A DNA stretch of 64,000 nt, from assembly GCA_963675525.2 (NCBI GenBank), contig CAXXSL010000001.1, positions 224,001-288,000 on the forward strand, written 5' to 3'. The stretch is from Anaerohalosphaeraceae bacterium (lineage in GTDB: Bacteria > Planctomycetota > Phycisphaerae > Sedimentisphaerales > Anaerohalosphaeraceae). Shown piece after piece: positions 54,093-63,920 of the stretch (positions are counted from its first letter, which is position 1; each line of letters begins with the position of its first letter). The notes below the pieces were generated by a model. It was not told where the DNA came from and made no database searches. It saw only the letters and a list, made by a program, of their open reading frames with translations. The position numbers and the translations under genes were made by a program.

Positions 54093-55214
54093 TTACGCCA
54101 ACACTCCGGCAATTAGTTTTTTATAATAGTCTTTCGCCTTTTCCATCTGTGCGATTTCGATGTATTCATTGGGTTTATGACAAAGGCTTCCGCTGCCGGG
54201 GCCGAAGATGATGACGGGGGCGTTCAGTTTTTTGAAGTAGGGGCCGTCCGTGGTGAATCCGGCGGCACTTGTTTCGTTGATCCCGGTGGCCGCACAGACC
54301 GCTTTTACGAATGGGTCGTCGGCGTCTGTTTCCAAAGCGTCGGCGGCACGGATAATTGAAATATCAGCTTTAAAGTCCGGGTCATTTCTATGCAATTCAT
54401 CACAGATAGTCCGCAGGCTGGTGATAATGTCATCCCGGCTTTGGCCGGGCAGCGTGCGGATATCCAGTTCGACCGAGCAGTTGTCGGGAACAATATTGGT
54501 TCCCGTGCCGCCGGCGATGCGGTTAGTGCTCATCGAGCAGTTGCCGAGCAGCGCATGGGGCGTGTGGGGAATTTTGTAGACTTTGAGCCGGTTCAGAAAC
54601 GCATTCATTTTTTCAATCGCATTAATGCCCAGATGCGGCATGGAACCATGTGCGGTCTTGCCTTCGGTTTCGACCTTCAGCCACAGGATTCCCCGGTGTG
54701 CCCGTAATATTTCCAGACCGGTCGGCTCCGGGATCAGAATACCGATTGGATTGGCGATTTTATCGCGATATGTCTCAATAAACTGCTTAACGCCGCAACT
54801 GTCCGTTTCTTCGCCTGCGGTGGCGGTGAAAATAACTCGGCGGTTCAGTTCAATGCCGGATTGGGCCATTTCGACGATGGCAGCGGCTGCCGCACAAATC
54901 CCCCCCTGCATATCACAGGAACCCCGGCCGTAAATGTTGCCGTCCATTTCAACCGCTTCAAACGGATCGCTGTTCCACTTGTCCGCCGAAGCCGGAACGA
55001 CGTCACTATGCACACCTATTACCAGAGTCGGCGTTTCGGGGGTGTCGGGGCCGATGGTCGCGACCAGATTGGCACGATTTTCATTCCAGCAGTCTAATTC
55101 CGCAGAAATACCATGATCGTGAAAATAATTCTCCAGAACCTGGGCCGTCTTAAGTTCCCCATTTTCACATGTCGGGGCCGTAGCAATCAGTTTTTTGAGC
55201 AGATTTTTCATCAT
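54093..55214 (-). CDS. M20 metallopeptidase (ArgE/DapE family)
   Basis: HSDVVP, GRGSCDMQGG, GEET, GKTAHGS, HKPNE. Confidence 0.9.
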   Translation of the reverse strand: MMKNLLKKLIATAPTCENGELKTAQVLENYFHDHGISAELDCWNENRANLVATIGPDTPETPTLVIGVHSDVVPASADKWNSDPFEAVEMDGNIYGRGSCDMQGGICAAAAAIVEMAQSGIELNRRVIFTATAGEETDSCGVKQFIETYRDKIANPIGILIPEPTGLEILRAHRGILWLKVETEGKTAHGSMPHLGINAIEKMNAFLNRLKVYKIPHTPHALLGNCSMSTNRIAGGTGTNIVPDNCSVELDIRTLPGQSRDDIITSLRTICDELHRNDPDFKADISIIRAADALETDADDPFVKAVCAATGINETSAAGFTTDGPYFKKLNAPVIIFGPGSGSLCHKPNEYIEIAQMEKAKDYYKKLIAGVLA

Positions 55215-55384
55215 TGAATCCGGAATTCCCACATTAAAGAATGGATTTTACCGTGCTGAGTGTGCCATAACGAGCAAAAATAGCAAAAATGCAAAAAAAT
55301 TTTGTTGCAGAACACTTTTTAAACAGGATAATAGTCTTTTCGTGCAGTTGCTGGGGGAATGTTAACAAGTTAAAAGGATATTGA

Positions 55385-56116
55385 ATGGGACCGGTTCTAC
55401 ATGGTTTGATAAAATTACAGCGTGTGGAAAATCGCCTCCGTGCGGTCAAGACAAAATTGACCCGAAGCCGACGGGGCGTCATCTTTCAGGAAAACCAACT
55501 CCGTACGCTGCAGAGCGGACTTGAAGCAAAGCTGGGAGAAATCAAACTGACCAAGATCCAGGTAGATCGCCTGGAACTGGAACTCAAGAGCCGGGATGAG
55601 CACATCGAAAAACTCCGCGGTCACTTAAATCTCGCACGTACCAACAAGGAATATTCCGCGCTCCTGACCGAACTGAATACCGCCAAGGCCGATGATTCCA
55701 AGCTTGAAACGCAGGTGTTGGAACTGATGAAGAATATCGAGACCGACGAAGCGGCCTGTGCCGAACTCAAAAAGCAGATCGAAGAACAAAAGATCAAAAT
55801 GGAAGAGATTCGTAGCGAGGCCGAGGCCAAAGCTTCGGCGTTCCAAAAAGAGATCGACGATATGCAGGCCGAGTGGGATGCGGCAGCCAAGGAAGTCACC
55901 AATAAAAACGCATTAGCCATTTTCGAGCGGGTGGCGGAAACCTATGACGGCGAAGCCATGGCCGAAGTGGGAGGAGTGGAAGAGAATTCAAGCTCTTTCA
56001 GTTGCGGCGGGTGTTTTATGGGAATCCCTGCTGAAGTGGTGAACGTCCTCAGCAGTCACGACGAGATTGTTCGCTGCTCAAACTGTACGCGAATTTTGTA
56101 TCTGAAAGAGGCATAA
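55385..56116 (+). CDS. Coiled-coil C4 zinc-ribbon protein (DUF164-like)
   Basis: TNKEY coiled coil; CGGCFM...CSNCTRILY. Confidence 0.88.
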   Translation: MGPVLHGLIKLQRVENRLRAVKTKLTRSRRGVIFQENQLRTLQSGLEAKLGEIKLTKIQVDRLELELKSRDEHIEKLRGHLNLARTNKEYSALLTELNTAKADDSKLETQVLELMKNIETDEAACAELKKQIEEQKIKMEEIRSEAEAKASAFQKEIDDMQAEWDAAAKEVTNKNALAIFERVAETYDGEAMAEVGGVEENSSSFSCGGCFMGIPAEVVNVLSSHDEIVRCSNCTRILYLKEA

Positions 56117-56131
56117 AAACCGATTAACGAT

Positions 56132-56167
56132 AAAGCCGGCGAAACCCTAAGGGCGTCGGCTTTTTTT
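56132..56167 (+). terminator. Intrinsic terminator-like hairpin
   Basis: aaagccggcg...cgtcggcttt plus T run. Confidence 0.65.
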
Positions 56168-56183
56168 ATGGATTAAGGGCGAT

Positions 56184-57245
56184 ATGAGCAAACAGGTAAT
56201 TATTCATACCGATGGCGGCAGCCGAGGCAACCCCGGCCCCGGGGGAGCGGGATTTACTCTGGAAGACGAAAAGGGCAATGCGCTGAAGTCCTGCGGGCTT
56301 TATCTGGGAAGAACCACGAATAATGTTGCCGAATACACCGCCATTAAAGAAGCACTGAAAGCCGCCGGAGAGCTCGGCGCCGAATCCGTTAAGTTATTCA
56401 GCGACAGCGAATTGCTGGTGCGGCAGTTGAACGGTCAATACAAAGTCAAAAGCCCGAATCTCAAACCGTTTTACGCCGACTGCATGGAACTGTTGGGTGA
56501 GTTTAAGGCATGGCAGGTGATGCATGTGTACCGTGAGCAAAACTCCCGCGCCGATGCACTGGCCAACGAGGCGATGGATAAAAAAGCGGACGTTCAGTAT
56601 GGCCCCGCGGCGGCTGCAGAGCCCAAGGGAAAAAAGCTTCGGCTGGGAATTCTGCTCAGCGGCGGCGGACGGACGATGGTGAATATTCAGGACGAAATTA
56701 ATGCGGGACGCCTGAATGCCGAGATCGTACTGGTCATTAGTTCCCGTTCGGAAGTCAAAGGCAACGAACGTGCCTGTAAAATAGGACTGGAGCCCGTTAT
56801 CATTCGTAAGAAGGATTATCCTGAGCTTGCCGATTTCAGTAAGCGTATTGAAAAGGAACTGGATAAAGCTAACGTCGATCTGGTTGTTCAGGCCGGTTGG
56901 CTGTGTCTGTGGCATATCCCGGCCGATTATAAGAACCGCGTGATGAATATTCACCCGGCACTGCTGCCCAGTTTCGGCGGGCAGGGCATGTGGGGCCATC
57001 ATGTCCATGAGGCGGTACTGAAAGCCGGCTGCAAGGTTTCCGGCTGCACGGTACATTTCTGCACGAACGAATACGACGCCGGACCGATCATCGTCCAGCG
57101 GACCTGTGAAGTTAAGGATGATGACGATGCGGACACATTGGCATCACGCGTATTTCAGCAGGAATGCCTGGCCTACCCGGAGGCGATTCAGCTATTCGCC
57201 GAGGATCGTCTGCAGGTTTCCGGCGGCATTGTTAAACGCATTTAA
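56184..57245 (+). CDS. purN: Ribonuclease HI fused to phosphoribosylglycinamide formyltransferase
   Basis: RNase HI motifs DGGSRGNPG, TNNVAEY, SDSELL, N..ADALAN, then PurN motifs LLSGGG, NIHPALLP, GCTVHF, YDAGPII in one frame. Confidence 0.9.
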   Translation: MSKQVIIHTDGGSRGNPGPGGAGFTLEDEKGNALKSCGLYLGRTTNNVAEYTAIKEALKAAGELGAESVKLFSDSELLVRQLNGQYKVKSPNLKPFYADCMELLGEFKAWQVMHVYREQNSRADALANEAMDKKADVQYGPAAAAEPKGKKLRLGILLSGGGRTMVNIQDEINAGRLNAEIVLVISSRSEVKGNERACKIGLEPVIIRKKDYPELADFSKRIEKELDKANVDLVVQAGWLCLWHIPADYKNRVMNIHPALLPSFGGQGMWGHHVHEAVLKAGCKVSGCTVHFCTNEYDAGPIIVQRTCEVKDDDDADTLASRVFQQECLAYPEAIQLFAEDRLQVSGGIVKRI

Positions 57246-57293
57246 CTGCCGGGACAGCATGCAGGGGCCAATTGCACGGAGCTATAACAGCGT

Positions 57294-58688
57294 ATGTTTG
57301 GACAATCCATTCAGCATCGTTTATTAAAATTGAGCCGACCGGACCATATAGAGCATCGCAGTGATCGTGCGTTATTGGTTTGGAAAGATATTCCGCACTG
57401 GATGGTGGTCGATGGGGAGATGAAGACATTTCTCTTTTTGTTCGAAGATACCCGGAATTTTTCTGAAATGATCCGCAAAAACCCCCATCTTCAGCCTCAT
57501 CAAAAAGAACTGCTTGGCGTTGTTAAAGATCTGCATAAAAAAGGCGTTTTGACCAGTGTTGATGTCGCAGAGCTTAAGAATAAATCATTGAATTCGCTTT
57601 TGCCGATTGAAAACATCGCATGGAATCTTACCCACACATGCAATCTGCGGTGCCGGTATTGCTATTATGCCGACAGCCTGAATCATTCAAACGGCAGCGA
57701 GCTTTCGGCGGATGAAGTCATCAGCTTTCTTAAAATCGTCAAGCCGTTTATTTCCAAACGCGCAACCCTGACGGTATTGGGTGGTGAGCCGCTGTTGTAT
57801 CCTGATAAGCTGATTGAAGTCTGCCGATTTGCACGCAAGATGCGAATGAATCCGCTGATCTCCACGAATGGGACGCTGATCGATGATGCCTTTGCCAAAG
57901 AAGCCAAGCGGATTGGGCTGGAGATTCAGGTTTCTCTTGACGGTCCCGATGCCGAAATGAATGACCCGTTACGGGGTGCGGGAACATTTGAGAAAATCCG
58001 AAAAGGCGTGGCGATTCTGAATAAGCATGATGTGCATACGATTCTCAGTATGGTGTGCTGTCGAAGTAATTTCGATTCGTTGAAAGATTTTCTGGATTTG
58101 GCAATTGAATGGGGCGTTGCCGAGGCCCGGTTTATCCCGCTTAAACAGATGGGCGGGGCCAAGTCCGAAGCGATGGAAATGGTTTCGCATTATGAAATTG
58201 TTACGAAGGCGTATCAACTGCTTAAAGCCTATCCAGCGTATCGGGATTTACTGGGGCGGGATTGCCTGTCGATTCTTGCCAATACCTGCCGGTATTCAGC
58301 CCGGCGGGATTCCTGCGGCACCGGTTTGCAGACGTTTTTGCTGGATGCCGACGGGGCGTTGTATCCGTGCCTGAATCTGAATCAACCGGCGTATGTGTTC
58401 GGTAACATCCGCGATAAATCGCTCGATTTTGCGAAAATTTGGAAAAAACACGAATCCCTGGGTAACATTCGCACCTGCACAAGCGTCCATAATACAGAGA
58501 GGCCTTGCAGCAACTGTTTGGTGAAGTATTGGTGCCTGGGCGGATGCCGGGGCGAGACTGTGGTCAATACGGGGGATTTAAAAGCTCAAAGTATCCATTG
58601 CGATGACTTAAAAAAGACGATCCTTGAAATATTCTGGATTCTTGCGGAAAATCCCGATATGATAAAAGCATACGAGCAAATGGGCTAA
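57294..58688 (+). CDS. Radical SAM/SPASM-domain protein (putative peptide/protein maturase)
   Basis: CNLRCRYC, GGEP, SPASM CGTG...GALYPC...CSNC...WCLGGC...C; ~100-aa N-terminal extension. Confidence 0.92.
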   Translation: MFGQSIQHRLLKLSRPDHIEHRSDRALLVWKDIPHWMVVDGEMKTFLFLFEDTRNFSEMIRKNPHLQPHQKELLGVVKDLHKKGVLTSVDVAELKNKSLNSLLPIENIAWNLTHTCNLRCRYCYYADSLNHSNGSELSADEVISFLKIVKPFISKRATLTVLGGEPLLYPDKLIEVCRFARKMRMNPLISTNGTLIDDAFAKEAKRIGLEIQVSLDGPDAEMNDPLRGAGTFEKIRKGVAILNKHDVHTILSMVCCRSNFDSLKDFLDLAIEWGVAEARFIPLKQMGGAKSEAMEMVSHYEIVTKAYQLLKAYPAYRDLLGRDCLSILANTCRYSARRDSCGTGLQTFLLDADGALYPCLNLNQPAYVFGNIRDKSLDFAKIWKKHESLGNIRTCTSVHNTERPCSNCLVKYWCLGGCRGETVVNTGDLKAQSIHCDDLKKTILEIFWILAENPDMIKAYEQMG

Positions 58689-58699
58689 AGGAGCGTACA

Positions 58700-59008
58700 A
58701 TGCAGGTATTTGGGCAAAGTTCGACAGTGCTGGCCGAGTCGAAACCTCCCTATGTTCATCTGGGATACATGTCCGCCTGTCCAAGCACGGGATTCGGAGT
58801 ATTCGATTTTGAGTTATTTGGTCCCGGGGTAATTTTGTTTTTGGTGGGTTATCTGATCGCGATGAAGATCAATTACGGTTGGCTCATCGGCGGCATCGCG
58901 GGGTTGTTAAAGAAATTCGGGCTTCTCAAAATTCTGGCAGCGATTCTATCTATGCTGTTGCTTTTTGCGACCGTCTTTGTATGCTATTTCGCGTGGATGT
59001 TTGATTAA
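58700..59008 (+). CDS. Small membrane protein with N-terminal GQS...PYVHLGY motif
   Basis: RBS AAGGAG, 11 nt after the rSAM stop; hydrophobic C-terminal two-thirds. Confidence 0.8.
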   Translation: MQVFGQSSTVLAESKPPYVHLGYMSACPSTGFGVFDFELFGPGVILFLVGYLIAMKINYGWLIGGIAGLLKKFGLLKILAAILSMLLLFATVFVCYFAWMFD

Positions 59009-59056
59009 AGAAGACATGAATACAAGGACGCAAGTATACAAGGAAGGATAGCCGGC

Positions 59057-59827
59057 ATGGAAATCCTCGGACAAAGCACGAAAGCAACCACACAGCATCC
59101 TTATATGCATTTGGGATATCTGGCAGCAAGCAACCGGGATGTATTTATGATTCCTTTAATTCCCGGATTATTATTGCTTGTTTTTGGGAGCCTTCAATTA
59201 TATTTTCGCAAGAAACGTTATTTCAAAGCAAGTATTGCTTCAATTATTGGGGGACTTATATTCCTTACGATGGCGATTTCGTTTTTCTTTGATAAACCGA
59301 ATATACCTTCAAGGATTCTAACCAGTATAAATTATCACGCTTTACACATATCATTGTCAAGTTTCGCCAAAGAGAACGACAATAACCTGCCAGATTCAAA
59401 GCACTGGTGTGATTTGTTAATTTCCGGAACTTATGCAGAACCGAAATATTTCACTCTTTCGGGTGTTAAAGAAGGTGAAAGTGCATATGCTTTGAATGAG
59501 AATGTCCTTAATCTGACATTGTCTGAAATTCCGGCGGATATGGTGCTTTTATTTGAAACCAATCTGGGGATTGAAGAGGAGCGGACAGGCAGTTTTCTTT
59601 CAAGAGATTACGTAAAGTCTTTGGGGATCGAAAAAGATCATAAGATATTCCAGAATCGCTGGAACCAAGTTGGCGGTGCGGAGGATATTACGACTGAATA
59701 TCACAAGGGAGAGGGGGCTTGTGTTTTGTTTGCCGGTGGACATTGCGAATTTGTAAAGACAGGAGATATTGCGACATTAAAATGGCATCCCGGAGAATCC
59801 GAGATGCCATTGGAAATATCTCAATAG
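59057..59827 (+). CDS. Membrane protein with N-terminal GQS...PYMHLGY motif and C-terminal H-X9-DG-like domain
   Basis: Two TM helices, then WCDLL, YALN, PADMVLLFET, WNQVGG, HKGEGACVLFAGGH. Confidence 0.8.
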   Translation: MEILGQSTKATTQHPYMHLGYLAASNRDVFMIPLIPGLLLLVFGSLQLYFRKKRYFKASIASIIGGLIFLTMAISFFFDKPNIPSRILTSINYHALHISLSSFAKENDNNLPDSKHWCDLLISGTYAEPKYFTLSGVKEGESAYALNENVLNLTLSEIPADMVLLFETNLGIEEERTGSFLSRDYVKSLGIEKDHKIFQNRWNQVGGAEDITTEYHKGEGACVLFAGGHCEFVKTGDIATLKWHPGESEMPLEISQ

Positions 59828-59871
59828 TGCAGGAAGTCAGAACACGCTAAAGCTTGAACTCTAACCCTGTT

Positions 59872-60945
59872 TTATTCTTTCCCATCCCAGAGGTAGAGCA
59901 GCCGCGGGGCGGCGAGTTTGTCCAGCAGTTCGCTTTCGATATTGATCGTTCCTTTTTTGCTCTGTGCTCCCATTATTGACCAGACAGAGAATTTTTGATT
60001 GTACTCAACAATCCGCGCATTGGATAGATGCGCCATTTCTTCTATTTTCGTGACCGCGGCGTCAAAGTAGCCGACCTCGTCGATCAGGCCCTTATCCATG
60101 GCTTCGGGAGCGGTGAAAATGCTGCCGTCGGCCAGTTGACGCACCTCGTGTTCGGCCAGGTTTGGGCGGCCTTCATCGACCAGGTTCACAAACCGGTCAT
60201 ACGCCGGGGTGATGATCTTTTCGCTGAGATACGTCTTTTGTTCGTCTGTCGGTTCATGGAACATACTGGGCCAGTCTTTGCGTTTGCCGCTCTTGATCGT
60301 GACCGGATTGATGCCGAGCTTTTCTTCGAGCAGTTCCTTGACGACCATATAGTTCATGATGACGCCGATGGAGCCGGTGATAGTGGTCGGTTCGGCCATG
60401 ATCTCATCGCAGGCGACCGCCGAGTAATAGCCGCCGGACGCGGCGACCGATTGCATGAATCCAAGGACGGGCTTGTTCGTGGTTTCTTTAAACCGGCTGA
60501 TACAGTAGTGGATCTGATCGCTGGCTGAAACCCCGCCGCCGGGACTGTTGATGCGGAGGATCAGGGCTTTTACATTGGTGTCATTTTCCGCACGTTCGAC
60601 CTGCATGTTGACCCACTTGCTCATTTCGCCGTCAATGATGCCGACGAGGTTGATGACCGCGATCTTCTGACGATGTGAACCATCCATCAGGATTCGTTCT
60701 TCCAGACCGTCATCGTGATAGCCGCCCCCGCTTCCGCCGGAGAGAACAGCACCCATGGCGATGATACCAATAAACATAATGCCGTTGGCCAGAACCGACA
60801 GGGTGATCACAATGCCCCAGAATATCTTCCAGCCGGAGCCCTTTTTCTTTTTGGGGTATGGGTTATACATCGGGGCCGTGAAGTCCGGGATGTTTGTGGC
60901 CGGCGGGGTCTGGGGGGCATTAGGGTCCTGTGTAAAATCGTCCAT
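59872..60945 (-). CDS. sppA: Signal peptide peptidase SppA (36K type)
   Basis: RINSPGG, AASGGYY, TITGSIGV. Confidence 0.93.
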   Translation of the reverse strand: MDDFTQDPNAPQTPPATNIPDFTAPMYNPYPKKKKGSGWKIFWGIVITLSVLANGIMFIGIIAMGAVLSGGSGGGYHDDGLEERILMDGSHRQKIAVINLVGIIDGEMSKWVNMQVERAENDTNVKALILRINSPGGGVSASDQIHYCISRFKETTNKPVLGFMQSVAASGGYYSAVACDEIMAEPTTITGSIGVIMNYMVVKELLEEKLGINPVTIKSGKRKDWPSMFHEPTDEQKTYLSEKIITPAYDRFVNLVDEGRPNLAEHEVRQLADGSIFTAPEAMDKGLIDEVGYFDAAVTKIEEMAHLSNARIVEYNQKFSVWSIMGAQSKKGTINIESELLDKLAAPRLLYLWDGKE

Positions 60946-61097
60946 GGCATATCCTTTCTATAAGATGATAGCTTATTATTATCCGATTCATTATAGACGC
61001 TTGGCATCGGGCTGTCAACCAAAGCTTGACAATTGAGCCGTTCTGTCCATAATAAGGCTCGCTTTTGATCCATTTACATTATAGACGAGTTTTCTTG

Positions 61098-62060
61098 ATG
61101 GCAGTTACGAAAAAAGAAAAGAAAAAGAAGAAAAAACAGCGAAATATTGTCGCCGACTGGCTGGGTTATGCCGCCATGCGGGTGGGGTTGTTTATTTTGT
61201 ACCTGTTTCCGGTGCGGTGGAACCTGCGGTTTGCGTGCTTTTTGGGTACGCAGATGTGGAAACACTACGAACGCGGGCGGATTCGGGCGCTGGATAATCT
61301 GCGGGCCAGTTTTCCGGAAAAAGACCTGGCCTGGCTTGAGAAAACCGGCCTGCGCAGCTTTCAGCAGATCGTGATGCTGACGATCGATGTGTTTTTTACG
61401 CCCAAGCTGGTGGATAAACATAACTGGAGCCAATACATCAAGCCAATCAATATCGAACGTGCCAAATGGATGTCCAGGGAGAACAAGGGCCTGCTGATGC
61501 TGACGGGCCATTACGGAAACTTTGAGATCATGGGCTATATGCTGGGTTCATTCTTCTATAATGTTTACAGCATTGCCCGGCCGCTGGATAATCCGTTCAT
61601 TAACGATTATCTGTATGGGATTCGTGAGCGAAAGGGCCAGAAGATCATTAATAAGAAAGGCGCCACCGAGGACATGACCCGGCTGGTCGAGGAAGGGGCG
61701 ACGCTGTGCTTTATCGCCGACCAGGACGCCGGACGCAAGGGGGTGTTCGTGGACTTCTTCGGACGCAAGGCCAGTTCGTACAAAAGTATCGGGCTGTTGG
61801 CCATCCAGTACAATCTGCCGATTGCGGTAGGCGGGTGCCGGCGGGTCGGCAATGACTACAAGTTCGAGATTGAGGTCAGCCGGATTATCGAACCGGCCGA
61901 ATGGGCCGACAAGGACAAGCCGCTGGACTGGGTGACACAGGAATACACGACCGCACTGGAAGACTTCATTCGCAAAGACCCCAGCCAATACTGGTGGCTG
62001 CACCGCCGCTGGAAAACAAGACCCAAAGAAGAGAGGAAAAAGTCAGGCAATAGGCAGTAG
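61098..62060 (+). CDS. Lipid A lauroyl/myristoyl acyltransferase (LpxL family)
   Basis: GHYGNFE, ADQ, VDFFG, PSQYWWLHRRWKT. Confidence 0.9.
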   Translation: MAVTKKEKKKKKKQRNIVADWLGYAAMRVGLFILYLFPVRWNLRFACFLGTQMWKHYERGRIRALDNLRASFPEKDLAWLEKTGLRSFQQIVMLTIDVFFTPKLVDKHNWSQYIKPINIERAKWMSRENKGLLMLTGHYGNFEIMGYMLGSFFYNVYSIARPLDNPFINDYLYGIRERKGQKIINKKGATEDMTRLVEEGATLCFIADQDAGRKGVFVDFFGRKASSYKSIGLLAIQYNLPIAVGGCRRVGNDYKFEIEVSRIIEPAEWADKDKPLDWVTQEYTTALEDFIRKDPSQYWWLHRRWKTRPKEERKKSGNRQ

Positions 62061-62111
62061 AAAAAGCGTATTTCTTTGTTTTTGTGGGTTTAATGCCGTT
62101 TTTCTTGGTTT

Positions 62112-62200
62112 TTATGGCGCAAACATAGTCCAAAAGTGCGCCAGCATGCGCCCAAACGGCGCCAAAGTGTGCCAAAAGTGCGCCAAAGTTTGCCAAAACG
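62112..62200. repeat. Degenerate tandem repeat, 21-bp unit made of 10/11-bp sub-units (CCAAA[A]GTGYG)
   Basis: ccaaaagtgcg-ccagcatgcg-cccaaacggcg-ccaaagtgtg-ccaaaagtgcg-ccaaagtttg-ccaaaacg. Confidence 0.85.
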
Positions 62201-62461
62201 ACACCATTTTTAACCGCTAATGCACGCGAATAACGCTAATTTTGAATTATGAATTTTTAATGTTGAATTGTGGAATGCCTGCGGCATGACTTTTTAGCCA
62301 AGCGAGGCAGGGCGGACAGTCTGCGTCCCCTGCGCTGGCGCTTCGGGCTTCTGTTCGGCTCCTTCACTTAATTTTTAAATAGCATCTCAATTTTCCCGTC
62401 TTCGCCGAGGCTTCCTCCTTCGCCTCCGGCTACGGCGGGACAAGCCGACGCAACAGGCGGT

Positions 62462-62489
62462 ATTATACCATAAGTTAGATAAATGTCAA
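62462..62489 (-). promoter_or_regulatory. Consensus sigma70 promoter TTGACA-16-TATAAT with extended -10 (copy B)
   Basis: One mismatch relative to 30104-30131. Confidence 0.75.
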
Positions 62490-62601
62490 ATATATAATTT
62501 TAAATTGTATATTGTAAATTGTCCATTGTGGTGGGATTTTTTTCTTGTTTCATCACGGGCAAGCATAGCTTGACCGTGTCACTCGAGGGGTTATCTGAGA
62601 A

Positions 62602-63920
62602 CTAATCTTTCGGCAGTTTAAACTCGTATTCATGGATTTCATTGTCAAATGAAATGTTATCCGGTGGTTTAATGTCAAGTTTCTCGGTCTTTTTTTTGAT
62701 TTGACTCCGCGATAAATCCTCGCCCTGACATTTTAATTTAAAACCATCCTCTGTTTTGATGATTAGAAAGGGTTTATTGCTGAACAGATCTTTCGGGCTG
62801 TTGAAGGGTATTGTTTTTGGGATTTTCTTTGTTTTTGGATATTGAATTAGAAGTCTTATTCCGGCTTCCAAAGCATTCAGTTTTGTGCGGATTTTTGTGT
62901 CGATGGAAAACACTGTTGTGCTGTATGATCCATAAATACTTGTAAATAAAAAATCACAATTTTCGATATATTCGATGTCGACATCTTCAAATGCAGGAAT
63001 TTGTCTGCCAGAAATATCGAATTTTTTATCAAGGACATCTATATACTCTATGAAGTATTGTTTGAATTGGTTGCGAAGTTCATCTCCAAGTTCACTACAC
63101 TTTTGCACTGCCTGAGGGTAGGGCAGGTCAAGATAACTTTGACGTTTCAGCATGTAATCTCGGTAAAACTTCAGATTACGTATATAGAAATCTTCGCTTA
63201 ATTTTTGAACAGGAATTCCCAAGTGTCGGTCCAATATGTGTCTTTATAGATGTATTCCTTGGGGTGCGTGAGGATTCTTGTGGTGTATGCAATTTCGTGA
63301 TCTATCGTATCTTTGTATGATATTTTTTGACGTTTCGATTCATTTCTGATAAAAGTTTTTGCCATATAGAGGTCTGTGACTTGGCAGTTGGTGTGACGAT
63401 TTAGGTATTCACGGATATCATCATAGGTCATTGATCTGAGGCCCAGAGCAACTAAATGGTCAATTAAGACGCCTGAGTCTATGTGTGAAGCAAGTTGGAG
63501 GACTGGTTCGAATAAGGTGTTAATTCCTATATCCGGGTCTTTTCTTTCTTTATACTTGCCATCTGCGAGAAGTAATAATGTCGTCTTTTTGGCTTTGCTT
63601 AAATAGGGGTTAACCGAGTAGATGCCATCTGCCAATGGATCAAACTGCCAGTCACAATGTTCGATTTGTGCGGCTTTTTTTAGCAGGTCGATGACGGGCT
63701 GCTGGCGGATGAGGTATTGTTCTACCTGCGGAGTGATTTTGACATCTCCGGTTGTATAATCGGACAGGTCAAAACCGTTGGGTTCTTCGTAGAGGTCGAA
63801 GGCTTTCTGGTACCAGTAGGCGGCGTTGTCGGGGGTGAAGTTGTTTGGGTCGTATTTGGCGAATGCGGAGAGTGATAGTATCAAAATAGCCAACACGCAT
63901 AATTTTACCCTGTTTGGCAT
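62602..63920 (-). pseudogene. Secreted hypothetical protein split by an apparent frameshift near 63240
   Basis: The ORF from MPNRVKL (signal peptide, DNAAYWYQKAF, HCDW, LIDHLVA) overlaps the second ORF 62602-63234, which has no clear RBS. Confidence 0.6.
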
